DNA of 64,000 nt from an uncultured Desulfosarcina sp. (GCA_963674945.2 CAXXWQ010000003.1:576001-640000); one strand, 5' to 3'; positions 40,253 through 50,492 are shown, counted from the stretch's first letter. Made by a program: numbers and translations. The notes: generated by a model not told the origin, from the letters alone.

Positions 40253-41887
40253 ATGGCGAACGCCATGACGGACGCCATGGCCAATGATACCGCCCAATTG
40301 CAAGCCAGGACCCGTTCGACACGGGTCTACCTGGACTACTACAGTCTTGCCGAGGCACCCTTTGCCATCACACCGGATCCGGACTTTCTCTTCTTCTCGG
40401 GTTCTCTCCAGCAGATATTGGAAAAGATCCACTACGCCATTGACGGCCGGATGGGATTCGTCCTGCTCACCGGCGAGGTGGGAACGGGCAAAACCACCGT
40501 TTGCCGAACCTTGCTGGACCGGCTCGACGGAAAGGCGGACACCGTCTACGTGGTCAACCCTTCCGTTTCCGGCCGCGAACTGTTGTCCGGTATCCTCGAC
40601 GACCTGAACGAAACGGTACCGCCCAAAGCAACCAAAAAGGATCTGATCGACAGGCTGAATAACCGGCTGCTCGAAAATGGCGTTCAACGCCCCCTGGTCG
40701 TAATCATCGACGAGGCACAGACCATGCCGCCGGAAACCCTGGAGGATCTTCGCCTGTTATCCAACCTGGAGACGGACAAGCACAAACTCATCCAGGTGAT
40801 TCTGTCCGGCCAGCCCGAGCTTTCCGGACTATTGGAAAAGGCGAGCCTTCGGCAGTTGCGGCAACGCATCGCCATTCATTGCCGACTCACCCCCCTGTCC
40901 GCCGACGAAACGGGCGCCTATATTGCCCGGCGGCTGTTCGTGGCCGGCAACCAGGGACAGGTCCGGTTCTCCCGATCCGCGATACGCCTGATCCACAGGC
41001 GGTCTTGTGGGATTCCACGACTGATCAACAAAATATGCGATTTCGCCCTTACCGCAGGTTATGTGACAGATACATCGACCATCGGAACACCCCATGTACG
41101 AAAGGCGTTGGCGGAGTCGGCGGTTCCCGGTCTCGACACCCTCGGGAAACGATTCGTCGGCCATTCTCTCTTTGGGCCGACAGCTGCCATCGCGGCACTG
41201 ATTCTGCTTATCGTCTCCGGTTTCGGCATCGCTACATGGTCATCCGTGGCAATCGCTCCCGGTGATTCCATGGCGCGTCAAGAAACCGGCAGATCGACGG
41301 TATCGACGACAGCCCGCCGTACACCGGATATGCGCCCCCTTTCCACAACCATGAAAGATAAGATCGCATCCGAAATCCCCGTAACCGACACTCCGGCAGC
41401 CGACAGGGATACCGGCGAGTCCTTGCAGGAGATGGCGCAAACGAACTTTCGATCCACGGTCTATGCACTTCAATTGGGTTCCTATCGTTCGGAAGAATGG
41501 GCCGAACGTGGCGCGGCCCAGTTCGCGGAAAGGGGAATCCCCGCCCAATGGCAGAGGCTGCGTGGTGGAAAGTGGTATCGGGTCTTCACCGGAAAGTTCG
41601 ATACGCTCGATCAGGCAAATCACTACAAAATCGAAAACGGATTGATATCGGCAATGGTCATCAATGCTCCTTTTTCGGTGAAGGTGATCTCCCGGGAACC
41701 GGGCGTCCGCGATACAGATCTTCCGGTGCTTCTTTCCGAGATGGGTTATGACAGCATCATGGAAACAAATGTGACCGGCGACAAAGAGTGCCACACCGGG
41801 GTGTTCAAATCCATGGCGGACGCATCTGCAACCGCCGGGCGAATCAATGGATGCCGCCGTTTGCTGGCCCAGGTGGTCGCCCGATAA
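40253..41887 (+). CDS. ExeA/MshM-like AAA ATPase with SPOR-like C-terminus
   Basis: PFAITPDP, GEVGTGKT, IIDEAQ, GQPEL, GIPRLIN, TM, LQLGSY. Start uncertain. Confidence 0.85.
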   Translation: MANAMTDAMANDTAQLQARTRSTRVYLDYYSLAEAPFAITPDPDFLFFSGSLQQILEKIHYAIDGRMGFVLLTGEVGTGKTTVCRTLLDRLDGKADTVYVVNPSVSGRELLSGILDDLNETVPPKATKKDLIDRLNNRLLENGVQRPLVVIIDEAQTMPPETLEDLRLLSNLETDKHKLIQVILSGQPELSGLLEKASLRQLRQRIAIHCRLTPLSADETGAYIARRLFVAGNQGQVRFSRSAIRLIHRRSCGIPRLINKICDFALTAGYVTDTSTIGTPHVRKALAESAVPGLDTLGKRFVGHSLFGPTAAIAALILLIVSGFGIATWSSVAIAPGDSMARQETGRSTVSTTARRTPDMRPLSTTMKDKIASEIPVTDTPAADRDTGESLQEMAQTNFRSTVYALQLGSYRSEEWAERGAAQFAERGIPAQWQRLRGGKWYRVFTGKFDTLDQANHYKIENGLISAMVINAPFSVKVISREPGVRDTDLPVLLSEMGYDSIMETNVTGDKECHTGVFKSMADASATAGRINGCRRLLAQVVAR

Positions 41888-41934
41888 CCCGACGGCCGAC
41901 CTGAATCGGAAGATGACTGATGTAAGGTGACTTC

Positions 41935-43095
41935 ATGAGTTTGTTGAACGATGCGCTGAGAAAAAAAGATCGGGAGGCGACACGAATGCCCGCACCGGAA
42001 AGTCCCTTCCGGCGCACGGGGCGGTGGAGGAACGTAAAGTGGCTTCTCTGGCCGACCGCGGTCGTTCTGGTGATCTCTTCGGCCCTGGTCGGGATGCACT
42101 TCGTTCCGTCCACCGCCGAAAACCGGCAATTGGCGGCCGACCATAAAGATCCGGGTACCCTGCCCCCATTGGCGGGAAAATCGACGGCAAAAAATGCCGA
42201 CACAACACCACTGCCCCGGCAGGCCCGGGAAGTCGTCCGGATCGATCCACCATCGGCACTGCCGGCGGCAGCCAATGGGAAACATACCGATCCTGCCCGG
42301 CCACGGGATCTTGAGCCCATTCCCCTGCAATTGGGGGTGGTCGAAAAGAAGAGAAGCGTAATCCCACCGCACACGAAAGATCGAAATCATCCCTCCCATG
42401 GCGGCGGTGCCCCAATCGCGACGATGGTCAGTGACAGGCCGGAGGATAGTGACGCGCAAACCAATGCGTCGTCTGGCGTTCCCTCGGACGAAATCGAGCC
42501 CTTCTACCGAAAGGCGCTGACAAACCATCGAGAGGGCCGCCTGGCAGAGGCCCTTCGCCTCTACCGAAAAGTCCTCGCAGCCGATCCCAACCATGAAGGG
42601 GCCATGATGAATCTGGCTGCCATCGCTTTGGCGCAGGCCGACTACCGGCAGGCCCAAACGCTTCTTACGCGACTGGCGCACAGGCAGCCCCGACCGAAGG
42701 GTGTATTGTTGAACCTGGCCATCGCCGCCATCGGCATTGGCGACCATTCGACGGCATTGGCGTATCTGGACCGGGCCGGGCAGGAATCGGATGCGCCGAC
42801 CTGGGACATTCGGTTTCACCGTGCCGTTGCCTACTCCCAACTGAACCGCCCCCAGGACGCACTGGCCCTATACGAAGCAGTGATGGCAGAACGGCCCGAC
42901 GATCCACGGCTTCGATTCAATCTGGCCGTCACCTATGACCGCCTTGGCGATTATGAAAAGGCGCTGCCCCACTATGAAGCAGCCGTCCATCATAACGGCG
43001 CCTCACCGAAAATGGACGAAGCGGCCATCACCCGGCGGATCAGGACCCTTCGACGGCACTTGGATGAAACGCGGCAAGGGGAAAAGGGACAGTAA
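41935..43095 (+). CDS. TPR protein (MshN-like)
   Basis: MSLLNDALRK, TM, low-complexity linker, C-terminal TPRs. Confidence 0.75.
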   Translation: MSLLNDALRKKDREATRMPAPESPFRRTGRWRNVKWLLWPTAVVLVISSALVGMHFVPSTAENRQLAADHKDPGTLPPLAGKSTAKNADTTPLPRQAREVVRIDPPSALPAAANGKHTDPARPRDLEPIPLQLGVVEKKRSVIPPHTKDRNHPSHGGGAPIATMVSDRPEDSDAQTNASSGVPSDEIEPFYRKALTNHREGRLAEALRLYRKVLAADPNHEGAMMNLAAIALAQADYRQAQTLLTRLAHRQPRPKGVLLNLAIAAIGIGDHSTALAYLDRAGQESDAPTWDIRFHRAVAYSQLNRPQDALALYEAVMAERPDDPRLRFNLAVTYDRLGDYEKALPHYEAAVHHNGASPKMDEAAITRRIRTLRRHLDETRQGEKGQ

Positions 43096-43096
43096 C

Positions 43097-44746
43097 ATGG
43101 CAAAACGTATCGGTGACATTCTTATCGAACTCGGCTTCATCGACCGCGATCAGTTGGAGATGGCCGTAACCGAATCCAAAAAAACCGGTGTCATGCTCGG
43201 GGACGTGCTGTTGCGTCTGGACTGGGTCACCCAGGAACAACTGCAGATGAGTCTCGCCGTACAGAGCGGCGCAAAGCTTCTGGATACCGATGCCATCAAA
43301 GTGGATCCGGGGCTCGTCGCCCAGGTTCCCCAGTCTTTCGTTACCGCCCACGGCATCCTGCCGCTGCAAAAACGCGACGACACGATTCTGGCTGCCACCA
43401 ACAACCCCTTCGACGTCGTAGCCAAGGATCAGCTGGCCCGTATCACCGGGTGCCGCGTGGAGACCTATATCGCGTCCAAGGACTGGCTCTCCGGTTCCAT
43501 CGAACTTTATTACCATACGGCCCTGGCCATCGATACGGACATCGACCGCATCACCCGCACTACGGTAACGGGCGACGGATTCGAAGAGAACCAGATCGTT
43601 TTGCTGGGCAACCGTATTTTGGAAAAGGGATTGGTACTGGGCGCCAGCGACATCCATGTGGTGCCGGACGTCAAGCTGACCCGAATCTATTACCGAATCG
43701 ACGGTGTCCTGCAACAGACGTTTCTCTTTCCCATCCGTTTCCACAAGAGCCTGGTCACCCGGTTAAAAATCATGGGGGACATGGACATCTCCAACCCCAA
43801 CATCCCCCATGACGGAAGACTCCAATATTCCGGTGACATCGGCGACATCGACGTACGGGTCTCCACTTTCCCCACACATCTGGGCGAAACCGTGGTCATG
43901 CGGCTTCTGGTCTACAGCAAGGTGGTCGGTGATATCCGTCGCCTGGGGCTGGAAGAGACGGATTACGAGGTGTTTGTCAAACAGATCCAAAGGCCCTACG
44001 GTTTGATCGTGGCAACCGGTCCCACCGGTTCGGGAAAGACCACGACCCTCTACTCGGCCATCATGACAATCAACAATCCCAACATCAACGTGATGACCGT
44101 GGAGGATCCCATCGAGTATATCATCCCCACCATCCGTCAGACAGCCGTCAACCCCAAGGCGGGGCTCACCTTCGGCAATGCCCTGCGGTCGGCCATGCGA
44201 CAGGACCCGGACATCATCCTTGTTGGCGAGATCCGGGACACGGAGACGGCCGATCTGGCCCTTCGGGCTTCCATGACCGGCCACTTGGTCTTTTCCACCC
44301 TGCATACCAACGACGCCGCATCGGCCATCAACCGGCTTCTGGATCTGGGAGTGAACAAGGGAATTCTGGCATCTTCCCTGAGTATGGTCATCGCCCAGCG
44401 CCTGGTACGGAAGATTTGTACCAATTGCTGCGAACATGCGGTGCCCACCGAACGTCAGGCGGCGATATTCGACCGGCACGGCATCCCCGTTCCCGACCGA
44501 CTGGCCGTACCCGTTGGATGTGAATCGTGCTATCAGGCCGGCTACCGGGGAAGGACAGGCATTTACGAACTGATTCGGGTGGACCGGGAAATTCAACGTC
44601 TGATCTTCGAAGGCGCCCTGCAAAGCACCATCGAAGAATCGGCAGTGCGTTCGGGCACCAACCTGATGCTAACGCAAGCCCTGAAAAAGGCCGCCGACGG
44701 CATCACTTCCTTCGAAGAGGTCTACCGGGTGGTTGCCGATGCCTAG
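43097..44746 (+). CDS. GspE/PilB/MshE pilus assembly ATPase
   Basis: GPTGSGKT, EDPIEY, RQDPD..GEIRD, TGH..STLHTN, CxxC pairs; MshEN-like N-terminus. Confidence 0.93.
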   Translation: MAKRIGDILIELGFIDRDQLEMAVTESKKTGVMLGDVLLRLDWVTQEQLQMSLAVQSGAKLLDTDAIKVDPGLVAQVPQSFVTAHGILPLQKRDDTILAATNNPFDVVAKDQLARITGCRVETYIASKDWLSGSIELYYHTALAIDTDIDRITRTTVTGDGFEENQIVLLGNRILEKGLVLGASDIHVVPDVKLTRIYYRIDGVLQQTFLFPIRFHKSLVTRLKIMGDMDISNPNIPHDGRLQYSGDIGDIDVRVSTFPTHLGETVVMRLLVYSKVVGDIRRLGLEETDYEVFVKQIQRPYGLIVATGPTGSGKTTTLYSAIMTINNPNINVMTVEDPIEYIIPTIRQTAVNPKAGLTFGNALRSAMRQDPDIILVGEIRDTETADLALRASMTGHLVFSTLHTNDAASAINRLLDLGVNKGILASSLSMVIAQRLVRKICTNCCEHAVPTERQAAIFDRHGIPVPDRLAVPVGCESCYQAGYRGRTGIYELIRVDREIQRLIFEGALQSTIEESAVRSGTNLMLTQALKKAADGITSFEEVYRVVADA

Positions 44747-45944
44747 TTTCCGCTACCAGGCCATCGATCCGGCCGGTCAACTCATAAAGGGCAGTGCCAT
44801 CGCCGCCAGTAACCGGGAACTGGAGGAACGGCTGGCGGAAAAAGGCATCACCCTGGTTTCCGGCCATGTAAAAAAAGAGAATTGGCTGAGCAAAGGTATT
44901 TTCGGAGAAAGGGTTCGACCGCGGGACAAGATCGAATTCTACCACCGTTTGCACCAGACCCTGGAACTGGGACTTCCCATGCTCTCGGCCCTGGAAGAGA
45001 ATGCCTCCGGGCTCCCATCCAAAGCCATGCGCCGGATCGTCGACGAGATACGGGTCGCCATCGAAAACGGCAACACGTTCCATTCGGCCATCTCCCGGTT
45101 TCCCAAGGTATTCGAGCCCCTGGATCTGGCCATCACGCGCATGGGGGAAGAGAGCGGCGTACTCCCCAAATGTCTCAGGGATCTCTCCTCGTTTCTGGAG
45201 TGGAAGGAGGAGATTCGATCCACGGTCCGTCGCGCGGCCATCTACCCATCTTTCATCATTCTCGTCATCGTGGCGGTTCTCGGCGTCTGGGTGGGGTATG
45301 TGCTGCCCCAGCTGGCCGTATTATTGAAACAGATGGGCGTAGCACTGCCCGCCATGACCCGATTCACCCTGTATCTGAGCGACATTTTTCATCAATGGTG
45401 GGGCGCCATGATTCTCCTCCCCGGTCTCCTTGCCATCGGTATTATTCTGATGAATAAAACGGAAAAGGGGAGCATTTTTCTTCACCGACAGGCGCTCAAG
45501 CTCCCCATCATCGGCGGGATCCTCTTCAATATCGCCCTGGCACGGCTCAGCCAGAATTTTGCCACCATGTACCAGTCCGGCATGTCCATCAATGCCATTT
45601 TCGAAATTCTGTCCCAAAGAGTCTTGAGCAATCGCTACCTCGAAATGCGGGTGAGAGGGGGCTTTGAGGGGGTACAACGGGGCGAATCCATCTCCGACAG
45701 CTTCGAAAAGGCCGGCGGTTTTCCGCCGCTCCTGCTCGGGGCCATTCGAAACGGTGAAACCACCGGCACCCTGGATACGGCCTTCTATCGCCTGGGAGAG
45801 TATTACGATCGCGAAGCCAAACGATCCGTGGAGACGATGATCGCGGCCTTAGAGCCCCTGTCCATCGTCATGCTGGGAGGAATCTTCGGATTCATCATCC
45901 TCTCCATTCTCTTGCCGCTTTATGATGTGATTGGGAACTTTTAA
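44739..45944 (+). CDS. GspF/PilC/MshG platform protein
   Basis: GEESG.L, YP, GETTG.LD, LEP; three TMs. Confidence 0.9.
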   Translation: MPSFRYQAIDPAGQLIKGSAIAASNRELEERLAEKGITLVSGHVKKENWLSKGIFGERVRPRDKIEFYHRLHQTLELGLPMLSALEENASGLPSKAMRRIVDEIRVAIENGNTFHSAISRFPKVFEPLDLAITRMGEESGVLPKCLRDLSSFLEWKEEIRSTVRRAAIYPSFIILVIVAVLGVWVGYVLPQLAVLLKQMGVALPAMTRFTLYLSDIFHQWWGAMILLPGLLAIGIILMNKTEKGSIFLHRQALKLPIIGGILFNIALARLSQNFATMYQSGMSINAIFEILSQRVLSNRYLEMRVRGGFEGVQRGESISDSFEKAGGFPPLLLGAIRNGETTGTLDTAFYRLGEYYDREAKRSVETMIAALEPLSIVMLGGIFGFIILSILLPLYDVIGNF

Positions 45945-45950
45945 ATTTCG

Positions 45951-45999
45951 GTTCACTGTTCACTGTTCTCGGTTCAAGGTTCAAGGTTCAAGGTTCAAC
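45951..45999 (+). repeat. 7 x GTTCnnn heptamer array
   Basis: GTTCACT GTTCACT GTTCTCG GTTCAAG GTTCAAG GTTCAAG GTTCAAC. Confidence 0.9.
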
Positions 46000-46004
46000 A
46001 AAAA

Positions 46005-46394
46005 TCAGTTAAATTTTGATCCTTTGAAATCATTATTTCGTAAATACCGAAGCAGGCCTCCGTTGAGCCGAGCCGTCGTCTCTGCTTTTTCGAATAGCTT
46101 TTCAAACTGTTCTTGGTTGAGATATCCAGCGTCCAGGGCCACGTATAGCAGACTTTTCACATCAGAGAGGGATCCGCTCGCAATGGAAAGAAATTGGACA
46201 AACTCCTTGTTGCCTCCTCGTCCAAAACCTTCGGCGATATTGGCCATGATCGACACTGCTGCGCGCCGGATTTGATCCCGTAACCCGAAATCTCTTGCGA
46301 ATTCACCAATATTTGACGCCAAATAGATGGCCTTGGTCAGTTCCCTGGCCTTTTTCCAGGCATCGATTTCCTCAAACGTTCTTATTGATGCCAT
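46005..46394 (-). CDS. Four helix bundle protein (23S rRNA IVP / Avd-like family)
   Basis: FEEIDAW, FGLRDQIRRAAVSIMANIAEG, F..IA.GS; RBS GAGG. Confidence 0.92.
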   Translation of the reverse strand: MASIRTFEEIDAWKKARELTKAIYLASNIGEFARDFGLRDQIRRAAVSIMANIAEGFGRGGNKEFVQFLSIASGSLSDVKSLLYVALDAGYLNQEQFEKLFEKAETTARLNGGLLRYLRNNDFKGSKFN

Positions 46395-46431
46395 TTCAAT
46401 TCCTCATGTTTTGAAACCTATAAACATTTAC

Positions 46432-46508
46432 CATTAACCAGAAACCGAGAACTGGGAACCGGGAACCTTGAACTAGGAACGGGGAACCTTGAACTGGGAA
46501 CCGGAAGC
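46432..46508 (+). repeat. nnnGAAC heptamer array, inverted relative to 45951-45999
   Basis: CGAGAAC TGGGAAC CGGGAAC CTTGAAC TAGGAAC GGGGAAC CTTGAAC TGGGAAC plus degenerate units. Confidence 0.9.
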
Positions 46509-48554
46509 CTAATAGGCTTCCATTATCTCATCCGACGTCAACGCCTGATCGTATACCGCCGCCTGATCGATCAACCCTGTAAAAAAATGGCCGGTGCCCT
46601 CGTAATCGGCGCCGATCGTCAAGTCCACGCCGGATACATCGGGTAGACTCACGGTCACGGTGGTTTCGTCGAGGGTGCCATTGAAGTAGATCTGCATTCG
46701 ATCCGTTGCATCGTCGTAGACAAAGGCCACGAAGTGCCACTGATCGGAAATCATGGCGATCGACCCGCGCGTCATTGCGGTGTGATGGCCGTCACCGATA
46801 CCGCCGTAGGGCCGACCATTGTCCACTCCCAAAAAATAGAAGTAATTTCCCCTATGCCGGGAAACGATTCTCCCATGGGGACGCGATGCCCTCTCCCGGA
46901 TCCATGCCGTCAACGTCAATCCACCGGTCAGTTCAAAATCCGGATGATCGGCGACGAGTACCCGATCACCGCCGTCCAGACGCAGCGCACGATTGGGAAT
47001 TTCATGGCGATCGCTTGTATACACGGCGCCGGCGAGTGTGCCGTCATGTCCTCCTGTGCCGAGATCCTCCAGGTTTCCATCGAATCCATAGCCGGCAACC
47101 CGGTCGGGATGGCCGGCCCCATTCAAGATCCCGCGGATTTCTTCATCGGTCAGAGCCCTGTCGAAGATGGCCACGTCGTCGATATCACCATTGAATCCAC
47201 CGCCATGCCCCTGGGAATCTCCGCCGATAGCGAGATTCACGCCGTTTCTTGCCGGCAGTTGCAGGGGCGTCGAAGTGATCCGCTCGGTTCCGTCGAAATG
47301 AAGGAACATCCGGTCGATGTCATCGTCATAGACGAAGGCCAGATGGTTCCAATGGTCCAGGGACATCAACAAAGATTTCCCCGTGACGGCCCAATCCACG
47401 TCGTCGCCGATGCCGCCGTATGGACGCCCGTTGTCCACCCCAAGAAAATAGAAATAGTAGCCGGTGCGCCGGCTGATCACCTTGGCGAAGGATCCGGTGG
47501 CGGTCTCCTTGACCCATGCCATCAGGGTCAATTGGCCCGTAATGTGAAGACTGCTGTGGTCAAAGACACGCACGTAGTCACCGGATCCATCGAAGGAAAG
47601 GGAGGTCCCGCCGGTATCGGGCGTGTCCGTGGACCAGGTCGTGTCTCCCACCAGCGTCCCATCGTTACCCCCGATACCATCTCTGGCAGTCGGTCCCGCC
47701 CCTTCATCGAAATCCCAGCTGGAGACCGGTGAAGGGCCGCCGGCGCAGGTCGCCACGGTGATGTCGAACCAGCGTCGGACCGGAGTTCCCCCTGCATCGG
47801 CCAGAGTCACGTCCACCGTGTAGGCACCTGGCGACGCTGGACTTCCACTCAAATGACAGGCGTCACCCGCCGGGGTCAGGGTCATCCAGGCCGGTTGGGA
47901 CGTCGTCGACCAGGTGTATGCGCCCGCCCCGCCTTCTGCGAACAGATCTCCGCTATAGGCCTGCCCGTTGCATCCATCGGGCAGTTCGTTGTTGAGCAGG
48001 GTCAGCCGGCCGGCGGTCCGGTCGAAGCAGCCGGCGCGGTTTCGAAGATCCGCCAGGAAGACAACTTCGACCAAATCCATAGAAGAGAGGGTGGCGTTTC
48101 CGGCATAGGCACCGGAAACCGCCGGCGTGGAATCGACGGTAAGATCGGAGGATCCGCTGACGATAAAAAACGCGGCATCGGCCGATCCACCGGCGTTGAT
48201 GGAAGTGGATTCCCGGCCGCACAGGCCCCCGCCGGCGGATGTGGCCAGATTGCCGTCGTACCCGTAAACGAAGGCCCGGTTCCAGGAATCATTTCGCACG
48301 CCGGATGCATCCGCGAATTCGGCGGCCGTGGGCAACCGGCCGTTGGCTATGCTCCAGGCGATGACGGATCGTGAGGCGTCGGCCATCCGGCTTCTGGCCG
48401 TTTCTGTCTTCAGCCGTTGGGTCACCGGTCCGATCAGGTTCAGTCCCGCACCGATCAGTGCACCGATGATGGCGATGGTCATGACGATGGGCATCAGGGC
48501 CATCCCGGACTGACTGCCGGCGTGTCGTGATGAACCTGGAAAAAATCGCCTCAT
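46509..48554 (-). CDS. Pilin-like protein with Ig-like and two LamG-like domains
   Basis: QSG|MALMPIVMTIAII; WDFDEG; duplicated YFYFLGVDNGRPYGGIGD; FNGDIDDVAIFDRALT. Confidence 0.8.
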   Translation of the reverse strand: MRRFFPGSSRHAGSQSGMALMPIVMTIAIIGALIGAGLNLIGPVTQRLKTETARSRMADASRSVIAWSIANGRLPTAAEFADASGVRNDSWNRAFVYGYDGNLATSAGGGLCGRESTSINAGGSADAAFFIVSGSSDLTVDSTPAVSGAYAGNATLSSMDLVEVVFLADLRNRAGCFDRTAGRLTLLNNELPDGCNGQAYSGDLFAEGGAGAYTWSTTSQPAWMTLTPAGDACHLSGSPASPGAYTVDVTLADAGGTPVRRWFDITVATCAGGPSPVSSWDFDEGAGPTARDGIGGNDGTLVGDTTWSTDTPDTGGTSLSFDGSGDYVRVFDHSSLHITGQLTLMAWVKETATGSFAKVISRRTGYYFYFLGVDNGRPYGGIGDDVDWAVTGKSLLMSLDHWNHLAFVYDDDIDRMFLHFDGTERITSTPLQLPARNGVNLAIGGDSQGHGGGFNGDIDDVAIFDRALTDEEIRGILNGAGHPDRVAGYGFDGNLEDLGTGGHDGTLAGAVYTSDRHEIPNRALRLDGGDRVLVADHPDFELTGGLTLTAWIRERASRPHGRIVSRHRGNYFYFLGVDNGRPYGGIGDGHHTAMTRGSIAMISDQWHFVAFVYDDATDRMQIYFNGTLDETTVTVSLPDVSGVDLTIGADYEGTGHFFTGLIDQAAVYDQALTSDEIMEAY

Positions 48555-48785
48555 GAGTGCCTCATACACCGCGTACTACGAATTAGATAAACAATCTGAA
48601 AAACGGTTTTCAGACGGATTAGTAAAAAGTTCAAGTTCATCATAGCGGTTGAAAAGAAAAATTCCCCGACCCCTCAAATAATTATTTTTAAAAGAACTTT
48701 TCTTTTCTATACCATCGGTAAAAAATGGGGAAACGATTCCCTCTTTCCATAAATGTTTTGCCATATTCGGCCTGGAAAAGTTTTT

Positions 48786-49796
48786 TCATGGGCTCACGGT
48801 CAGCACGAACGACCTTTTGGCACAATTGTCCAGATTCGATCCGGCACTGCAGGCGGAATCCAGTACCGGGTTGCTGTTGTCTCGAACCCAGACGGTGAGA
48901 AGATAACTTCCGGCGGTGGTGGGCGTGCCGCTGATCCGGATATGATCGGCATCGGTCCATGTGGCACTGTTTTCGGCCAAAAGAGAGCCGTCCGTGTCGA
49001 ATCCTATATTGTCGGTGTCCGTGTGGTCGCGAAAGTTCAGGCCGGCGGGTGCGGTACCGGTCGGGGTCTCTACACACCAGAGATAGTCGCCACCGGTGGA
49101 AAAGGGGACGCCGCCATCCACGTATAGGGTCGCGGAATAGGGGCTGGTGGTGCGCCCCGGCGGAAGCTCATTGTTGAGAACAATAAGTCGCGGTCCCCTG
49201 CACCCCACCTGGCCGCGCAGTTCGTTCAACGTCGCCCACCGGACGATGTCGTCATAGGGCTCTGTCCGGTTCATGTCGGTGGCATAATCGTCCACGTTGT
49301 CCAGACCGGTGGGATAGACATCGATCACCGTGGGGCCCGACACGGCAAGGTCGCCCGCGGTCTGGTTGTTGAAGTTCTCGCCGCCGCTGAGGATGACGAA
49401 TGCGACGTTGGCGACCGTTACCGGTGCCGTACAGGTCGCGTCGGGACATTGGCGTAAGGTAATTTGCGTGGTTTTCCGGGTGCACAGGTCGCCCGTGGCC
49501 GGATTCCCATCTGCTAGGTCGGCGTCGTAGATGTACTGAATGGGGCGGATCCAGCCGTCGTTGCGCTTGTTGACGATGCCGGGAAACTGGGTGAGTGTGG
49601 GCAGCACGCCTTCGTTGGCGGCGGCATGGCCGACGATGGCGGCGGCCCCTGCCGCGATGATCTCGGTGGATTCGATCCGTTTGGCACGAACGGACAAAGG
49701 ACCGATGAGGGACGCGCCGAACCCCACGATCAGACCGATGATCACCATGACGATGGCAACTTCGATGATGGTGAATCCGGCTTGTCGGCGGTTCAT
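48786..49796 (-). CDS. Minor pilin (prepilin cleavage motif) with Ig-like C-terminus
   Basis: QAG|FTIIEVAIVMVIIG; shares LR...GC...LNNELP with the 46509 protein. Confidence 0.85.
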   Translation of the reverse strand: MNRRQAGFTIIEVAIVMVIIGLIVGFGASLIGPLSVRAKRIESTEIIAAGAAAIVGHAAANEGVLPTLTQFPGIVNKRNDGWIRPIQYIYDADLADGNPATGDLCTRKTTQITLRQCPDATCTAPVTVANVAFVILSGGENFNNQTAGDLAVSGPTVIDVYPTGLDNVDDYATDMNRTEPYDDIVRWATLNELRGQVGCRGPRLIVLNNELPPGRTTSPYSATLYVDGGVPFSTGGDYLWCVETPTGTAPAGLNFRDHTDTDNIGFDTDGSLLAENSATWTDADHIRISGTPTTAGSYLLTVWVRDNSNPVLDSACSAGSNLDNCAKRSFVLTVSP

Positions 49797-49851
49797 GATC
49801 GCTCCAACGATATCGATTTTCCAGGGACCGTATCGATAAAAGGATTTCACG

Positions 49852-49892
49852 CGGCCGCCTCCCTCCTTACCATCGGGAACGGGAGGCGGCCG
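49852..49892 (-). terminator. Hairpin after the major pilin gene
   Basis: Perfect 12-bp stem CGGCCGCCTCCC / GGGAGGCGGCCG; no long U tract. Confidence 0.55.
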
Positions 49893-49922
49893 ATGGATCC
49901 GACCGTATGGATCGGATGAAGA

Positions 49923-50492
49923 TTACATGGGCATGTAAAATTGTGGCAGTGGATCGGTGGCAGCCGAATAGGCGGCACTGCCACGGATGTCTCCGGTGGT
50001 GGCGTCGCCATCGTCAAATTTGGTGTCGATCTCCAAAGCCACTTCCCAGGGCAGATTGTCGTATCGGATATAGTGACCGGCCTTTCCGTTTTGCGCACTC
50101 GTACGCCATATAACATAATAGATGTCACCGAAGGCGTGGTTCGGGTAGTCGCCTGCGGCACCGGTGTAATTGCCGGATATAACGCCCGCCAGGGCGAGGT
50201 CTTCAAACATCATCCCGGCTTCCCCAGTCGTAGTGATCTGTCCGCTGCCATTGCCTTCATTGGTATCGTTGGGTGGAATGTTGGCAATATTCTCATCTCC
50301 GGGATAGGCGCCGTATTTATCGTAAAAGGTATAGAAGGCCGCCCGCAGTTCATCGGCGGACTTGACCACCCGTTTGACCTTGGCGTTCTGGATCATGGAC
50401 TGCCCCTTGAGGACGCCACCGATGAGAAGTCCGATGATCACCAGCACGATGGCGATCTCGACCAGGGTAAATCCCTTTTGATTCCGTGTCAT
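49923..50492 (-). CDS. Probable major type IV pilin
   Basis: QKG|FTLVEIAIVLVIIGLLIGG; strong RBS GGAGG; own promoter and downstream hairpin. Confidence 0.88.
   Translation of the reverse strand: MTRNQKGFTLVEIAIVLVIIGLLIGGVLKGQSMIQNAKVKRVVKSADELRAAFYTFYDKYGAYPGDENIANIPPNDTNEGNGSGQITTTGEAGMMFEDLALAGVISGNYTGAAGDYPNHAFGDIYYVIWRTSAQNGKAGHYIRYDNLPWEVALEIDTKFDDGDATTGDIRGSAAYSAATDPLPQFYMPM

Noticed and set aside
45931..46275. ORF reading FKVQGSRF through the heptamer array
   Set aside because: Translation of the repeat, antisense to the four-helix-bundle gene; the same applies to the ORF over 28988-29191.
45951..48554. Diversity-generating retroelement (Avd-like gene next to an adhesin)
   Set aside because: No reverse transcriptase in the window; the duplicated LamG block differs at synonymous sites, not in an adenine-specific TR/VR pattern.
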